The position numbers and the translations under genes were made by a program. The notes under the pieces are model-generated. The model ran no database searches. It was given only the letters and a program-made list of their open reading frames with translations, and had not been told where the DNA came from. Of a DNA stretch of 64,000 bases, positions 26,729 to 41,129 are shown in pieces. Source of the stretch: Camelus ferus (taxonomy: Eukaryota); contig NC_045697.1 of the NCBI RefSeq assembly GCF_009834535.1, positions 34,226,001-34,290,000 on the forward strand, given 5' to 3'. Numbering within the stretch: the first letter of the stretch is position 1; each line of letters starts with the position of its first letter.

Positions 26729-29394
26729 GTATGTAGCTCCGGAGAATTCGTCCCTTCTCTCCTCCCATTTCCCCTCCTGCTTGTGTAAGGGGTGAGAAGG
26801 GGGCACTGCACACAGCTCACTGGGCTCAGTGATGTTTGGGAAGCAGCCAGGAGCACTCCCGTTGCCTTACCAGGAATAATCTGGGAATGTGCTGTATGTT
26901 TCAGCTGCTGACAGCAAATTGCTAGGCTTGTCCATCTGCTAGCATTTTCTATTCCCTGTGCATTTAAATTCAATTAGGCCCTGTCTGGTTCATTTAGAGT
27001 CCAATTTCTGACCTTCCATAAAAAGGTTGTGACAAGCAGAATTATGAAATGTTTAATGCTCTCTGTCAGTAGAGAATGGAAAGGTTTGCTTTCATGTTGC
27101 AGGAGATACAAAAAAAAAAATCTGCAGTCCCCAAGTGCATGTCCCGTGGGGTATATTGAAGACACAGACACAGATACAGGTGGAAACCCAGTGCAGTGCC
27201 TTAGCCTGGAGCTGCTGGCACCCCCAGAGGAAGAATTCTCTGGCAAGACTATAAAATGTGTTGGTGCTTGGTAGCTGTTTGATGATCAAGGAACTTAATT
27301 TGACTGTATGATTCCTAAAAGGGCAGGATTTGATTAGTAGAAGTCCTGGCTTTGAATCTTTAGCATACCACTTAAATTTCAGTTTCCTCTTTGAGAATCT
27401 CATGTTGACCTTAGATTGCTTCACCTAAATCCCTTCTAGGAGGGTTTATTACGCAAATATGTCACAGTTTTCAGACCAAATTTATTCTTGGTCTTAGAAG
27501 TCCATGTGTGGCAAGTTAGTAGTAAACATAAATTTGCATCACTCTATTGAAATACGGTCTTTAGGAAAAAGATGACTTTAATGGATCGTTTTTGGAATAT
27601 CCCAGATATGTACTTTAGATCTGTGCATGTGTGTCTGTCTGTCTGTCTGCCTATCAGGAGCTTTTTTTTTTTTTTTTTCCTGTAGCACAATGAACTTTTC
27701 AGGAAGCTCTCAGTACTTTACCTTTAGAATTAGCACTTTTAGTCAAAGTTTAAAAAAAACTTTGATACTTTAGAAAGTTATTTGAAATGTATAATGTCTC
27801 TTTCTGAGTACCTGATTCTGGGGGAAAGCTGTGACTTGCAATTTAAAATTGCAGGATGGTCAATGACTTTTAGAGGGGAGCCCCTCTCCCATGTTTTGTT
27901 TTTTTAATACCTTGGCATTTTTCTACCTTCTCTTGTATTATGATGCAGCCCACCGCATCCCCTCCCCCTACCTTTTAACTCCACATTTTGAACTAATATT
28001 AAAAAGAGACGTGCTCCTGGAGAGATCGAGTGATTATTAGTAGAAAGTACATCCCTGGAGAGCAAGGACCCTGTGGTCCCTCTGCTCTGTGAACCTTGGT
28101 GGCCGTTCACACTGGTATTCTCCCAATTCAATCCCACGTCTTTCTTGCCCAGCTAAACAATGAATGGCTTGTACACTGTGGAGAACAGGGCCTGGCATCA
28201 GGAGCCATTTGAGTGGCTTAGCTTTCTAAGACTGTGGTTCCTGGGTCTTGGCCAACTTTTGAGATAGTGATGAGGACTGTGGATTCAGAATAGCGCCCCG
28301 AACCACATGTACCCAAACTGATAACATTTTCAAGAGTGAGGCATAATGCATGTCATGGACCCGAGGCTAAGAAACTCTCAGGATTGTGGCCCCATCCTAA
28401 GGTGTTCTGCTGTATCTATGATGCCAATGCTAATAATATCTTAATTGACTAATATTCATTAAAAAGACACTTTATAGGTCATGAGCACCTTCCAACTTCA
28501 TCTTGATACTAAACCCTAAGGTGATGTAATTCTCATTTTCCAAACAAGGAAACCAAAATTCAGAGAGGTTAGGAAAATAGGCTGAAGTCAGTCCATAGGA
28601 AGTGTCCCCCGGCCTTGAAACAACATCCCTGAATATAAGCCCAGTGTCCTTTCCTGGGGCCTGCCTTGCCTGTGGGCACAGAGCTTTTACTATCATGGGC
28701 TTATTCTGTCTGAGACAAAATACTGGAGGAAATGATTTACAATGTATGTGCTTGGCTGCTAGGGTGATCACCTGTCCTGGTTTTGCTGGGACCATGCCAG
28801 TTTTAGTAATAAGAATGCTATGTCCTGGGAAACTCCTCAGTCCCAAGCAAAGTAGGAATAGAGAGTTGGCCAGCCTGCCAGCACCATCCCATTTCACCAC
28901 TAAAAAATAATTGTGAAGCCAGAAAGCAGGAGAATAAACACTGGTTGCCACGTACCAGGCACGGGGCTAGGTTCTTTATCTACAGCTAGAATGTCTCCAG
29001 TTGAATATTGGCTCTGCCACTTATTAGCCAGGCAACATTGGGCAAGTTGCTTCTCTTCTTTGCACCTCAGTTTCCTCATCTGTAAAATGGGAACGATAGT
29101 AATTCCCAAGTTGTCATGAAAATTAAATGAATTATCTGCAAAGCTCTTAGAACAGTGCCAGCACCACATAGTAAATGGTATGTGTGTGTGTGCGTGTATA
29201 TGTTTATATGTTTTAATTTACTAAAACAGTTACCAGAAGAAGCTGCAAGGTAAGTTGTGGTCTCCATTCTGCAAATGAGGAAGCTGCTCTGAGGGAGAGG
29301 CTGAGAGCACTGCTCAGGATGCAGCGTGGGGCATGTGCGGTCGTAGCATGCATTGCTGTTTCTAAGATGCCAATGTCCCTCTTTGTGTCCCTAG

Positions 29395-29595
29395 GCTTAT
29401 GTGAACCTCCTTTTCTGGTACCAGTTCTTTTGTGGGTTTTCAGGAACATCCATGACTGACTACTGGGTTTTGATCTTCTTCAACCTCCTTTTCACGTCTG
29501 CGCCTCCCGTCATTTACGGTGTTCTGGAGAAAGACAAGTCTGCGGAGACCCTCATGCAGCTGCCAGAACTTTACATGAGCGGTCAGAAGTCAGAG
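29395..29595 (+). CDS. ATP10D: ATP10D coding exon (TM5-TM6)
   Basis: ccctAG|GCT TAT GTG ... [29 protein letters not shown]...[10 protein letters not shown]...[11 protein letters not shown]. Confidence 0.96.
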
Positions 29596-32500
29596 GTGGG
29601 TGCTTCAGCAAAGCCACGCGGGCCAGTTCACACCCATTGTCAAAGAGCGTTTTCCAATCAGCTGAAATGTTGTGGTGTGTTGAAAGCGATTTGAATTGGC
29701 GGTTTCCAGAGATCTGTACTAACATAGCAGGTATAGTTACTCTCTTCTGAGATGAACACAAATGAAAGATTGGTTTTTATGAAAGATTTTTGTCTTTATG
29801 AAAGATTTCAGGTGCTTCTAAGAAGAAATCCAGTCTTTAGACCTTACAACTATTAATAGCTAGTATTTACTAAACCTCGTGGCGCCTTCTGTTGTGCAAA
29901 CTACTAATTATTCCTGGTCCCAGTCATCGTCACAAATCACTTGGAGAAAGGACCTGGTATTGTTCCCATTCTAAGATGAACAGTCTGAACTTCAAAGGGG
30001 CTACGTAACTTTTCCAAAAATCTCATAGCTGAAAAATGGCAGAGCCGGGATGTGAATACTTCTTAGGCTGATTCTAAAGCCAAAGTGAAATTCTTTAGGT
30101 TCTCCCGTCCTGGAAAACAGTGGCGTAACCTTGATAGCTCCCGCTGTCTAGAACCACACCCCCGCTCCCTTAACTGACCTCTCAGCCTTATCCACCCACC
30201 TCTGATGTATCACGTACATCTGCCCCTTTCCATCCCCCTCTCTCTGCCCTCATTGTCTCTCACCTGGAGTATTGTAGCTCGCTGATTAGTGGGGCTAGCT
30301 GTCTCAAAGCTCATTCTTTCTAATTCATCTTTTACAGAATTAATAACAACCAGCATTGAGATAGCCTTACGAACATTTATGTAATGCCTCCTATCTGCCA
30401 GGCACTGTTGTAAGTGCTTAACATACATAAATCGAATTCTCAAAGTGGCCCTGCCAGATAGGCACTATCGTTATCCGCACTGTGCATGAGGACAGTCGGG
30501 CACAGAGAGGTACCTTAAGTAATCTGCCGTGTCACCAAGCTCGTGGGTGGTGCATGTGATCTCTGGTTCCCGAGCCCGTGCTGGGCTGCAGAGAGAACAC
30601 CGCTGCCGTCTTTGGTCCTTGGGTACCTCCCACCCCTTTGCTGTTTAATGGCCAGAAATCCAAAGTGCTCTCATAAGTCCATTGTCAGGATCACTGGGAC
30701 AGAGGTGGACCAGCAACCTGTAGGTACCGCTACATGGACAAAGCGGAGGGGTCAGTCTGGTCAGATAACTGAGCCTTGAGAAGAGGACTCTGTGAGTCAG
30801 GACTCCTGGTTGCAAGTGACAGAAAACCAGTTCAAATTGGCTTAATAAAAAAAGGGAGATGTATTGGGTCTGAAACAACCATGGGTGTTTTGCATAGCTG
30901 CAAAGTCCGAGAGGAGTGGTGACAGAGCACTGTTACTGTTAAAGCAACTATAAGTGCTGCTTATGGCTCGTTGGCCGCAGCTGAGTTCCATGCCCTTCCC
31001 TGTGTTTATATCGCTTTGGCCAGAAAGACCATTTCCCCACTGACCAGGTCTGGGCGGTAGATCATTCCCGAGGGCAGAGCTGAACTACATGGACGGGGTT
31101 GAGAAGGCGGGTCCCCTGTAGGTCTGGAGAGATGAGAATGAAGCTCTCCATAAGAAATCCATGTGCTGGGCTTCTCTGGCCCCATTGTTCTGAAGATGCT
31201 GACCAAATCAGCACATGTTAGAAATTAGGGGTTATGTTTAGCCTGAGTTTAAATTCTGGCTCTGTGGTATGTGACCTTGGTGAGTTATTTAACTTGCCTG
31301 TACTCCAGTTTGTTTACTTTCTGGAGACAGTGTGAGGATTAGGTAAGATTATATGTGTAAAATTTCCAGCCATATTACCCTCTCAATGTTATTTTTACCC
31401 CATCCCCAGACTTAACCAGAAATTTGAGGAAATCTTGAATTTAAAATGATGCGTTTCCTTTTGTCAATCCAACTTTATTCTGGCTTGAATTGCCTTTCCA
31501 GACTGGAGAGTAATTTAATGTCCCAAAGCTCAAAGAGCAGCCAGCACAGAGGAGAAGTCAGCTTCCAGGGAAGAATTCCTTACCATCCTTTAATATTATC
31601 TAATCCATTCAGATCAAAGAACCACATGGGGTTTTCCCTAAAAAGTCCAATCTGACTAAAAGTTCAAGTGCAAGAATGTGTGGTTGGTATTAATGAGGGT
31701 TGTCCTGCACCACAGACCTCAGTTAAATTCCAAGTTCATTAGGGAAAGAGGGGTAAAGGGAGACCTTTAAAGTTTTTTATAGTTGATGTTTTAAAAGCCC
31801 ATTTGTACAGGCTGAAGATTGTAATTGGTCCCTACCCTGGAAGAGTTGAGGTCATCGTCTCCTATTGTTGAAGCCTCTTATCAATCCTTTGCACACATTG
31901 TTCTATTGAGCTGGCCAGTTTTATGATACATGGTAATAGCAGGCAGATTCCCAGCATGTGGCTATTGATGAAAGGTAATTGATTTCATTGACTTTACCTT
32001 CCAGAAGAGTTGTCCTTTCTTTGAACTTGGCCTCCAAACAAATTCTGTTTTATGCTTGGGCCATTTCCTGTCTTTGGTGTTATGAAATTCACTATTCAGG
32101 GTAATAGCATCTCTCTCCTCGAAAGGATATGGGTCTGGAGCGCTGCAGACAGAGGCTTCCCTTCCAAGAAGCAATCGTCTATTACCTGTCTCTCATCACC
32201 CACACAGTCTTCTTCCCTAGCTTTGACTTCATGTCCAGATTTTCCCTCTCGGTTTCCAGGAGATCCCGTGAATTACTCCCTTCGGCCTCTCATTCATCTT
32301 ATCCTTGACTCTTCTCCACCACTAAGTCCCCTTACTCACAAGACTGTGGAGAAAGTATACTTGTTACCCTTTGTCTCTAGGTTTTTTGAGCAACCTCTGT
32401 TCTCCTAGAAGCATGGAGTGATATTTTAACTCATCCCAAAATGTCCAGTGACATTTTGGTGGCCCCTTTGACTCTGCCACATTCTCTTCCACCATTTGAT

Positions 32501-33104
32501 TGTGCTTTTGCTTAGATTTTAAGGACACTGGGATGAAGAAAAGCAGGTAGAAGCTTCCATCATTTCCAATGAGAAAATTGTAAAAGAAGATACAGGGAAA
32601 AGTAGACTGGGAAACAGTGACTCTTCATTGCTTTGATTTTCCAGAGGACAAAGAGATAAGAAAGAAAAAAGGACAGGTATAAAACTTCCAAGTGTTGTCT
32701 TCTGAAGGATGGAAGAACATATATGGAAATTTTGTATTATTTACCAAGCTTTATTCTTTAGGAGACCATTGGGCATTTTCAAGAAAATTTCAGCCTCTCT
32801 TTGCATGTGAAAGGAAATAGGTTTATGAACATGTAAGGGGAAGACTAGCTCAGGGAGATGATACACGTGTTGCTGTTTTTGTCCACGACACACATCACTA
32901 ATAAACCATAGCACTCCATCCTCCCTGCTGGGTCTGAATGGAGCCTCAGAATCCTTCTGCATACACATTACCATTTAACCAGGGTTGTCTCTTGTTTGAA
33001 AACCTGTTGCCAATCACTTGACAAGTGTCTCTACTTGATCGTTCTCTCTCTTTCTACGAGCTTTTGGTAGGAAGCAGTTTAGCACCTGAAAGTTACCTGA
33101 GAAT

Positions 33105-33850
33105 GGTTTATTAATCCAACAATTATTTGTTGAGTACTTGCTATGTACCAGACACTGTTTTAATCACTTGAATAATCAAGAGCCCAAGTCCCAGTCTCTG
33201 AAGTTTGCATTCTGTTGAGAGAACATAGAAAATCATCAAGTGAATACATAAAATTATGTCTGATGGTGATGAGAGACTTCAGAGATGCCATGGCAGTAAA
33301 TGATTAAGGGTGTAAGTTTTAGACTGGTCTGGGGAAGGAGGTCTGTGCCTCTGTGAGGAAGTGACACTTGAGTGAGGAACTGGTCACGTGGGAGATCCAG
33401 GAAAGAATTTCTGACAGAGATAATAGTGCAGGTGAAGCCCCGAGGAAAGAATGGATTTGGCGTATTTGAGACATAGGGTGAAGTCTGTGTATTGAGAGGA
33501 TGGTGAATGAAAGTAAGAGTGGGCAAGGTGGCTTTGGAGGGCAGGGGCTGCAGTGGGCAGACCACGCAGGACCTCACAGACCACCGAGAGGAACTTAGAT
33601 TTTGTATTGGAAACACAGAGGAAGTCATTGGAGGGATAAGAGGAGGTCAGTTTGATTAATTAGGTAGATGGCATAACCTGATTTACATTTTTTAAAACCA
33701 GCTGGCTGCTATGGGAAGATTGGATTAGGGCTAAGAGAGGAAGCAAAGAGGCCAGCTGGACGGCTCTCCATTCATTCAGAGAGAGTTGGTGGTGAAGTAG
33801 AATGAAGGGAGTAGTGGAGAAGAAGTAGATGGATTTGGAGTTTCTGAACC
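33105..33850 (-). mobile_element. L2 fragment
   Basis: CAACAATTATTTGTTGAGTACTTGCTATGTACCAGACACTG followed by L2-like body. Confidence 0.6.
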
Positions 33851-34171
33851 AGTGTTTTTTGATTAATAGGAAATGGAAAGTTAGTACCAATGTTCCTATT
33901 TCCAGGCGGATTTAAGATTGATCCAATGCTAAAAGTAATACGAGTTGAAGAAATTCAGGGATGCTTTTTTTGCCTGTGAACTCATCTCATTAAATTACAA
34001 CCCCTCATTCTTCCACCACTGTTTACAAATCCCACCTGTTTTGTGAGTGAAAGAATGAAGGGATAGAGTTTTCCCCCAGAGAAGCAAAAATACGCACCGG
34101 CTTGTGTTGTTCGTTGATTTTGCTTTGACCCTTATTAATCACTCCCTCCCCAACATCTGTTTCATTTGCAG

Positions 34172-34252
34172 GCATACTTACCCCGCACCTTCTGGATCAC
34201 CTTGTTGGATGCCTTTTATCAAAGCCTGGTCTGCTTCTTTGTGCCTTACTAC
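34172..34252 (+). CDS. ATP10D: ATP10D coding exon (TM7; missed by ORF track)
   Basis: ttgcAG|GCA TAC ... TAC TAC|GTGAGT; AYLPRTFWITLLDAFYQSLVCFFVPYY. Confidence 0.95.
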
Positions 34253-35479
34253 GTGAGTCCTTGTGTACTCAGACGATTTGCTGTTAACAAATCAGTGATG
34301 CTTCTTTGTTCTTTGTTGCCAATATCAGCATCAGAATAGGCTTATTAGGGTAGATGGCTCATATAATCAAGTTGATTATTAACTAACTCAGTTATAACCT
34401 CCGCCTCCAAAATAAGTTAGGTAATGGGTTAAATTTGGAGAGCAGTGCCTAGCTGAGTCCTTTTGGGTCTCTTCGGCCCTGTACTGCTTGGTAATTTTCG
34501 TTAATAACTAGAAAAAAGTTCTAAGTCCAGCCGTATAATTAGATGAGTCAGAATCAGAGAGGCAAAGTCAGATTATGAAAGCTATTATGAGGGAGTGCTG
34601 GGCTAATTCCACCAGGATGACATTCAGAGTATTAAATTTAAGTTCTTATAAGTAGTCTCCCCAAAATGAAAGAAAAAAAAAAAAACACCAAAAAAGCTGT
34701 TTTATAGTTAAAGAATGGAAGAAAGGTAACAAAGAAAAGAATGTGTAAATTAATTTTAAAAATTAGGCCAGCACCAAGCACAAAGCAGCATGTTATAGCT
34801 ACTCATCCACACATCCGCCCCCCCCACAAAGAAAACATGAATTTAATCACGGATGATGTTAACAAAGGTTCTATTAGTAATAAGAATGAAAAAAGTAATA
34901 GTCTCTAAGTTAATCATTTTCATTCTTTATTCAAATAAAATGACTTGAATTCACCCAGTTAGAATATTTTAGGTATGCTGCATTTCAAGAGGAATGGCTA
35001 TCTGAAGTGTACTCCGAAGACAAGGATAAGAATTATAAAAGATCAGAAAACTGTGTCATTCGAGGACTACTTTAAGGACTTGAAGACATACACATATGAG
35101 AGGGGTGGATATTTACTCAACAGAGATATAAACTCAAGTTAGCCTTAGTTTGCAACTCTGTTAAGTGAGACATATTTGATATTTCTCTGTACCACAAAAG
35201 AGCTAGAAGCATAAGTAACAGTTTCAAGGAAAATACATTATGATTCAGAATAAAAAGGAATTCCAACTGAAAAGTTCAAAGATTAGATGGCCTGTCTGGG
35301 AGAGAGTCGGTCTCTTTTCTGAAAACGTTCAAGGTTATCCTAAATGACCAGTTACCAGGAACACTGAAGAAGGGACTGAATCCTCAGTTGAGCCATGGAG
35401 TGAAGTAATGACACGTAATGACAAGTAATGAAGTATACACAGTCCCTCAGAGTCACCAGCCCTCATCCCCTCTTTGCAG

Positions 35480-35584
35480 GCCTACCGTGGCTCAGACATT
35501 GACATCTTTACATTCGGAAATCCACTGAACACAGCTGCTCTGTTCATCATTCTGCTCCATCTGGTCATTGAAAGCAAGAATCTG
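35480..35584 (+). CDS. ATP10D: ATP10D coding exon (TM8; missed by ORF track)
   Basis: ttgcAG|GCC TAC ... [47 protein letters not shown]. Confidence 0.95.
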
Positions 35585-37404
35585 GTGAGTGGTTTTCCTG
35601 CCTCTGAAGGAGCCTGAAACTATCCGTGGGGAAATGCCTGTTAGCCATGACCCTGCTAAGCCTTTCATGCCTAGAAGACACGTGGTAATGAGAAGAGCGA
35701 TGACCACGTGGAAGGAGGGGGATTCACGGCCACTCTTGTTGGTCGCTGAGTGCCGTTAGGCTGAGGCTGACGTGCAGCCGGGGAAAGTGGAGAAACACCT
35801 GCCTGCTCCCCTTGGTGGTATCCATGCTGTGGGTGGTTCATGGAGGTGAGTCAGGCTGGAAAAACAATCACCTTTCTGTGGCCAGCATTCCTCAAGACCA
35901 AGCTGATGCCTTTCAACTAAAACAAAAACAGGTGTCACGCCATAATCCTGGTATACTGACTTTTGTTAAGTGATGATTTTATGCTTTTCTCATAAGACCT
36001 AAAGATGTATCTTTTTCTCCTTCCAGAATGTTTACCATTCATTTAAGTCTAGATCTTTTTGAGCTTCGTTGCTGATTTAATGATAAAGTTAAGTATTTTC
36101 ATCCACATGATTGCAAGGTAGCTCTGCAGCAAAGCTAATACGTAGGATTCAGATACAGAGAGCTTTATTGCAAACCTTCCTTTGCAGATGAAGAACACCC
36201 CACCCCTGTCTGGAGAGTTAACTGCCTCTGGGATTATTTATGCTGCTCGCTCACTTCCATTGTCACTGTCTCTACTGTCGTCAAAGCCACTGTCATCTGT
36301 TCCTGAGCCATTGCGACAGCCTTCTTTGTGTTCTCACCTGTGCCCTTGACTCCTCCAGTCCTTCGCTACAGAACAGCCAGAACCATCCTTTTGAAATATA
36401 TAAGTCATATTATATGATTTATATAAACCCTTCAGTGGCTTTCCATTGGACTTGGAATAAAATCTAAAAGCCCTCAGATGGCCTGTAAGGCTTTGTGCAG
36501 TGTTGCCTCCTCTTCTCTCTCATTTCCAGTTACTCCTCGGCTGGAAACACACTGCCCCTGCTTCGGTTTTTCAGCTTCAGTGAGCTCATTACCACATTGG
36601 GGCCTTAGCATTGACCCTATCTTCTGATGGTATTATTCTTAGTTCCCTTTTGGATCCTGCACTTCACCCAGCTCAAATGCTATTTTAGGTTTCAGCAAAA
36701 ATGCTTCTTCCTCCAAGAGCCTTTCCCTCACCATCTGTTTTTTTCATCCTCTTTTCATTCATAGTCCTGATAATAAATACTTATTTATTTAATTATGTGA
36801 TTATTTTGTTCATGTTTCTCTTCTACATTAGACTATAATCTCTTTGGGGACAGGGTTCATGTTTATTTTGTTCACCACTGTATACCAGTATCTAGGACAA
36901 GACTGGCACACAGTAGGTGCTCAGAAAATATTTGAATGAATAAATGAATGATTAAATGACTAACTAGTTGAGGATATATTTAACATCTTGATGGTGATGT
37001 ATTTCAAACAGGAAGTAGCTGAATGAATGAGGCTATAGTTTCAAATGTTATATGAGGTTGTATTATGAGATTATTTTAAAACTTAAGTAGGGCTGACTAT
37101 TTTTGATATCACTCGCTTTGTTTATAACCTGCTATAACCAAACATGACAAACCTAAAGTGTAGTAAAAGGTTATTACCTGCAAATATCTGATGGGAAGAG
37201 TAAAGGGAATTCTAGAACTGAAATATTTGGGGTTGTTTTAGTATCTAGTTAATTTCATTTTATAGATACTAAAGTGACATGGCTTAAGTTCGGACATTGA
37301 TTAATGTCCGAAGACTCTAAGTGTCTGGTTGGATTCAGTGGTTATGAGCAACAGCAATCTATTTTGGCTAAAGTAGAAAAGTTATTAAAATGTATTGAAG
37401 AATC

Positions 37405-37487
37405 ATTTCTTCTGTATAGCACAGGGAACCATATTCAATATCTTATAATAACCTTTGATGAAAAAGAATATGAAAACAAACGTGTGT

Positions 37488-37518
<31 letters not shown>

Positions 37519-37625
37519 TATATATATGCATGACTGGGATGTTATGCTGTACCCCAGAAATAAACGCATTGTAACTGACTATACTTCAATTAAAATATAT
37601 ATATATATATATATGTGTGTGTACA
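37405..37625 (+). mobile_element. Short L1 3' tail with (CA)n/(TA)n microsatellites
   Basis: CTGTATAGCACAGGGAAC...TTGTAACTGACTATACTTCAATTAAA; same tail as the L1s ending at ~53980 and ~62655. Confidence 0.8.
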
Positions 37626-39584
37626 GAAAAATTGTGGTCAGACAAACAAAAAACCCATCCTGAGGCTCCAGAGTTGCTCTGTTGCTCCAGGGAACAGAGC
37701 CTAAGGGAAGGCTTGTCAGGATGGTACTCTGGCCTGAATTGGCCCCAGTCGTTTCCTTCTGCTCTTGCCTTGTTCATTGTGCTCCAGGTTCAGTCCCTGG
37801 TGACAGAATTCTATTTCCTTAGCTCCAGTCATAGGCTTTGGTAAGAGGAGGAATATTTCGCCAAGACTGCACGTGATGCTGGGTGTCCTCACCATGAGAA
37901 GGGGAGTGAAAGCAAGGTGCCAAGAACAGTGACTGCTCTGTAAAGGATGAATCATTGAAGAACTGTTCCTCACGCCAGGGGAGGCTAGAGCTCATGGCCT
38001 CTGAAGATCCACTGTCAGTATGAGTCAGCTATTCTGAAGATGTGAATTTGTTTCCCTTCACACTTTTGCCCACCATCCCATTGCCACCTCCCCTACCTCC
38101 CTGTCAGTTTTGTGTCTCTTGACTCTAACTGTATCAATTCACCTAAACATGTCAACTTTATCAAGTCACATCTCACTTGCCAAAAGCACATCTTAAAGGA
38201 AAAAAAAAATCAGGCAATAGGGCTCAGCGGGAAGAACATTTGAGAAAGAAAAAAATTAAGAAATCATTGTTTTAGAGACATAATAATCTTAATTGTGGAT
38301 TTAGCAACATTTTCTGAGCATTTTACGCATGTTTACAAAATGAGCAGTCTTTGTGACTCTTGTGAAGGTATCTGCCCTGGGGAAATACTTTGCAAGGTTG
38401 AGAGGAAAATGGACAAAATTGGACCTTGTGTAAAAATTATGGCCCTAGAAAATCAAAAAGATTAATAAAAGCAGTGCTTCCCCCAAAAGAGGAATATATA
38501 CCACCGTGGTATATACAGTGGTTGTAGGTGGTACTGTACACTTCACTAAACTACACTGACTGCCGCATTAGGTAATTCTCTTTTGTACTTTGGATTGTGT
38601 CAAAGAAATAATCTGTTTGGGGTATTGTGTTTTATCGCAGTAACTCTTGCTAATTTACCTTTGTAACAAAGGCGGATCAGACCCCAGACTCAGCACTGTT
38701 TTGACAGGTAATGCTGATATTACATTTAAAGGAGTAATCTGCTTTTCTTTCTAAATAAAGTCTCTAACTTAAATAGTAAACCAGTTGACAGAAAAATATT
38801 AAGAAAAATAATAATGCAAGCTACACGTAGATATGAAGGTGGACAGTGTATAGTGTGACACACAGAGCTTTATTTCTTGCTCATGTAAACTTACCAGGGT
38901 TCCAGATATCTCTAGAGCAGTTGTCCTCTGAGGGTTGGCTCAGTGACCCCAGGTGTCTTGTAGCTCTACCATCTGGAATTATCCCCAAGAAGAACTTATT
39001 GGTTGACATGGAAAAAAAGGGACAGTATGGAAAATTGCATACCCATTCTTCCATACTTCCAGCTTGAAGCTTTTGCCAGCTTCCCATTACCTTTCATTGG
39101 TCAAAGCAGGACATGTGGCCATGCTTAACTTCAAGGCGGTAGAGAAGTGCAATCCTCTTGAATGCTTATTGGGCAAAGAGAATGAGAATATTGGTGCGCA
39201 ACAGTAGTGTCTACCACCTACTTAAGTGGATCAAGTCTGAGGTTCACTGGATTAATGAAGACACAGACAAGTGAGTGACTATATGGAAAAATACAGAAAG
39301 AATCCAAACGCATCATGGTGCATGGACAATACAAAATAAACAAGTCATCAGAATTACTTCTTGGCTTTTAACTTAAGCTTTATAGAATTTAAACAGTGAT
39401 ATGAGCTATTTACGAAAGATGCTTTTGCCTTCTCTCTTCAATATTTTGTTTGGTTCACTAAGGTTTGTTATACCATTTACCTACTGCTTAGATGTATTGT
39501 CTCTTCAACACAGCAGATTTTGCCTGACTGCAAAATCCTATCAGAGAAAGCATGTTCATCTCCCCTGCTCTTCTTGTCTTGCAG

Positions 39585-39772
39585 ACTTGGATCCACGGGC
39601 TGGTCATTGTTGGGAGCATCTTGTCTTATTTTTTATTTGCCTTGGCTTTTGGAGCCATGTGTGTAACTTGCAACCCACCATCCAACCCCTACTGGATCAT
39701 GCAGGAGCACATGCTGGATCCAGTGTTCTACTTAGTCTGTGTTCTCACCACCTGTGCTGCTCTTCTGCCCAG
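39585..39772 (+). CDS. ATP10D: ATP10D coding exon (TM9-TM10)
   Basis: ttgcAG|ACT TGG ... CCC AG|GTATGG; TWIHGLVIVGSIL...CNPPSNPYWIMQEHMLDPVFYLVC...LLPR. Confidence 0.96.
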
Positions 39773-40629
39773 GTATGGTATTTGTTTTACCATCAAGAGA
39801 GTCCATGACATCGTAGGCTTAGAATCCTTCAAGCAACTGCTAACAATGGCTGTTAGACCATCCTGATGAGTGTGGAGAAGTCAGTCTGTGTACTAGTTAA
39901 AATACTGGTTTTAACGCTTTCACCAGAGAACAAAAGTGGCTTAAGCAGATGAAAAGATTTATTTCTCGCTCGAGGAAGATTCTAATCTGGTTGACAGTCC
40001 ACAGGGTTAGGGCAGCTTTGTTTCACAAAGTTATCCAAGGACTTAGATCCTTTCCTGTCCTTTCTGTTCTGCCATCTCCCAAGGGTGTTGCCCTCATTTG
40101 CATGACTGAAGATGACTCACCACCAGCACATCCACATCCCTGCATCCTTGCAGAAAAGATGGAGGGCATACAGTTTTCCAGCTTTCCTCCTGGCTTTTTT
40201 TTCTTTCCTGCATTGGCATGACCCAGACGTGGCACACATCCTTGCTCATATCCCATCAACTAGAACCTTGGTGTGTAGATGCCGAGTGGCTAAAATCTGG
40301 GGGTTTCTAAAAGGAAGAAGGGGAGAATGGGTCCTGGGGGACATGTAGCAATCTTTAGCACAGTCTCTAAACATTGAAAACTTACCTCCTTTCTCTGATT
40401 TCAATTATCATTGCCACTTTCATTTAACTCAGTTTCTTATATGGGATGGAAATGGCTAAGAAGTATGCGTGGGTTTTTAATCTATAGATTCTTCAAATTC
40501 TTTAGAGCTCCTCCCCCTTAAGTTTTATAATATTTATCTGTTTAGTTGAAAGCGTGATAGCAAATAGTTGTTCTACCTTCTTAAACATGATATGAGCATC
40601 AAAATGGTGATTTCATATTATTCTCTAAC

Positions 40630-40845
40630 AGGCTTGACATATTGGCTCACAGGTCAAACCTGGCCCATTGCCTGTTTTTGTAAATAAAGCGTATTGGCAC
40701 ATAGGCATCCTCATTAATTTAAGTATTATCTATGACTGCTTTTGCACTACAACAGCAAAGTTGAATAGTTCCAACAGAGACTACCTAGCTCACAAAGCCT
40801 GAAATATTGTCTGGACCACTGGACAAAAGTTTGCCAACCCCAGTC
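40630..40845. mobile_element. MER58-like hAT element
   Basis: GCCTGTTTTTGTAAATAAAG...GAGACT...CAAAGCCTGAAATATT...AAAGTTTGCCAACCCC. Confidence 0.7.
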
Positions 40846-41129
40846 TGTAACACCATCATAAGACATGATGGGCACAAACCCTTTATTGCTGACAGATATC
40901 CCTTCTAGAAATGCATAAGAGAAACCCACCAGACTCATTCTGTGATTCCAGTTATTTACATAATAATATCATGGTTAAACTGAGATGCTTCTGTGGTGCT
41001 GTTATTACCAGCTTTCAGATTAAAAACTGACAAGATGAATTTGTAGAATTTATGAAGAAACAATTACTTTAAAGTTATAACCTGAAAAAATTTCTTTAAG
41101 AGCATTAACAGTATAATTCTATCTAATAT

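Noticed and set aside
29762..29808. Three copies of ATGAAAGATT (similar short duplications near 24900 and 35400)
   Set aside because: Ordinary slippage-type duplications; not CRISPR-like and no sign of function.
38495..38515. Palindrome TATATACCAC-C-GTGGTATATA
   Set aside because: Only 10-bp arms, partly low complexity; no supporting context.
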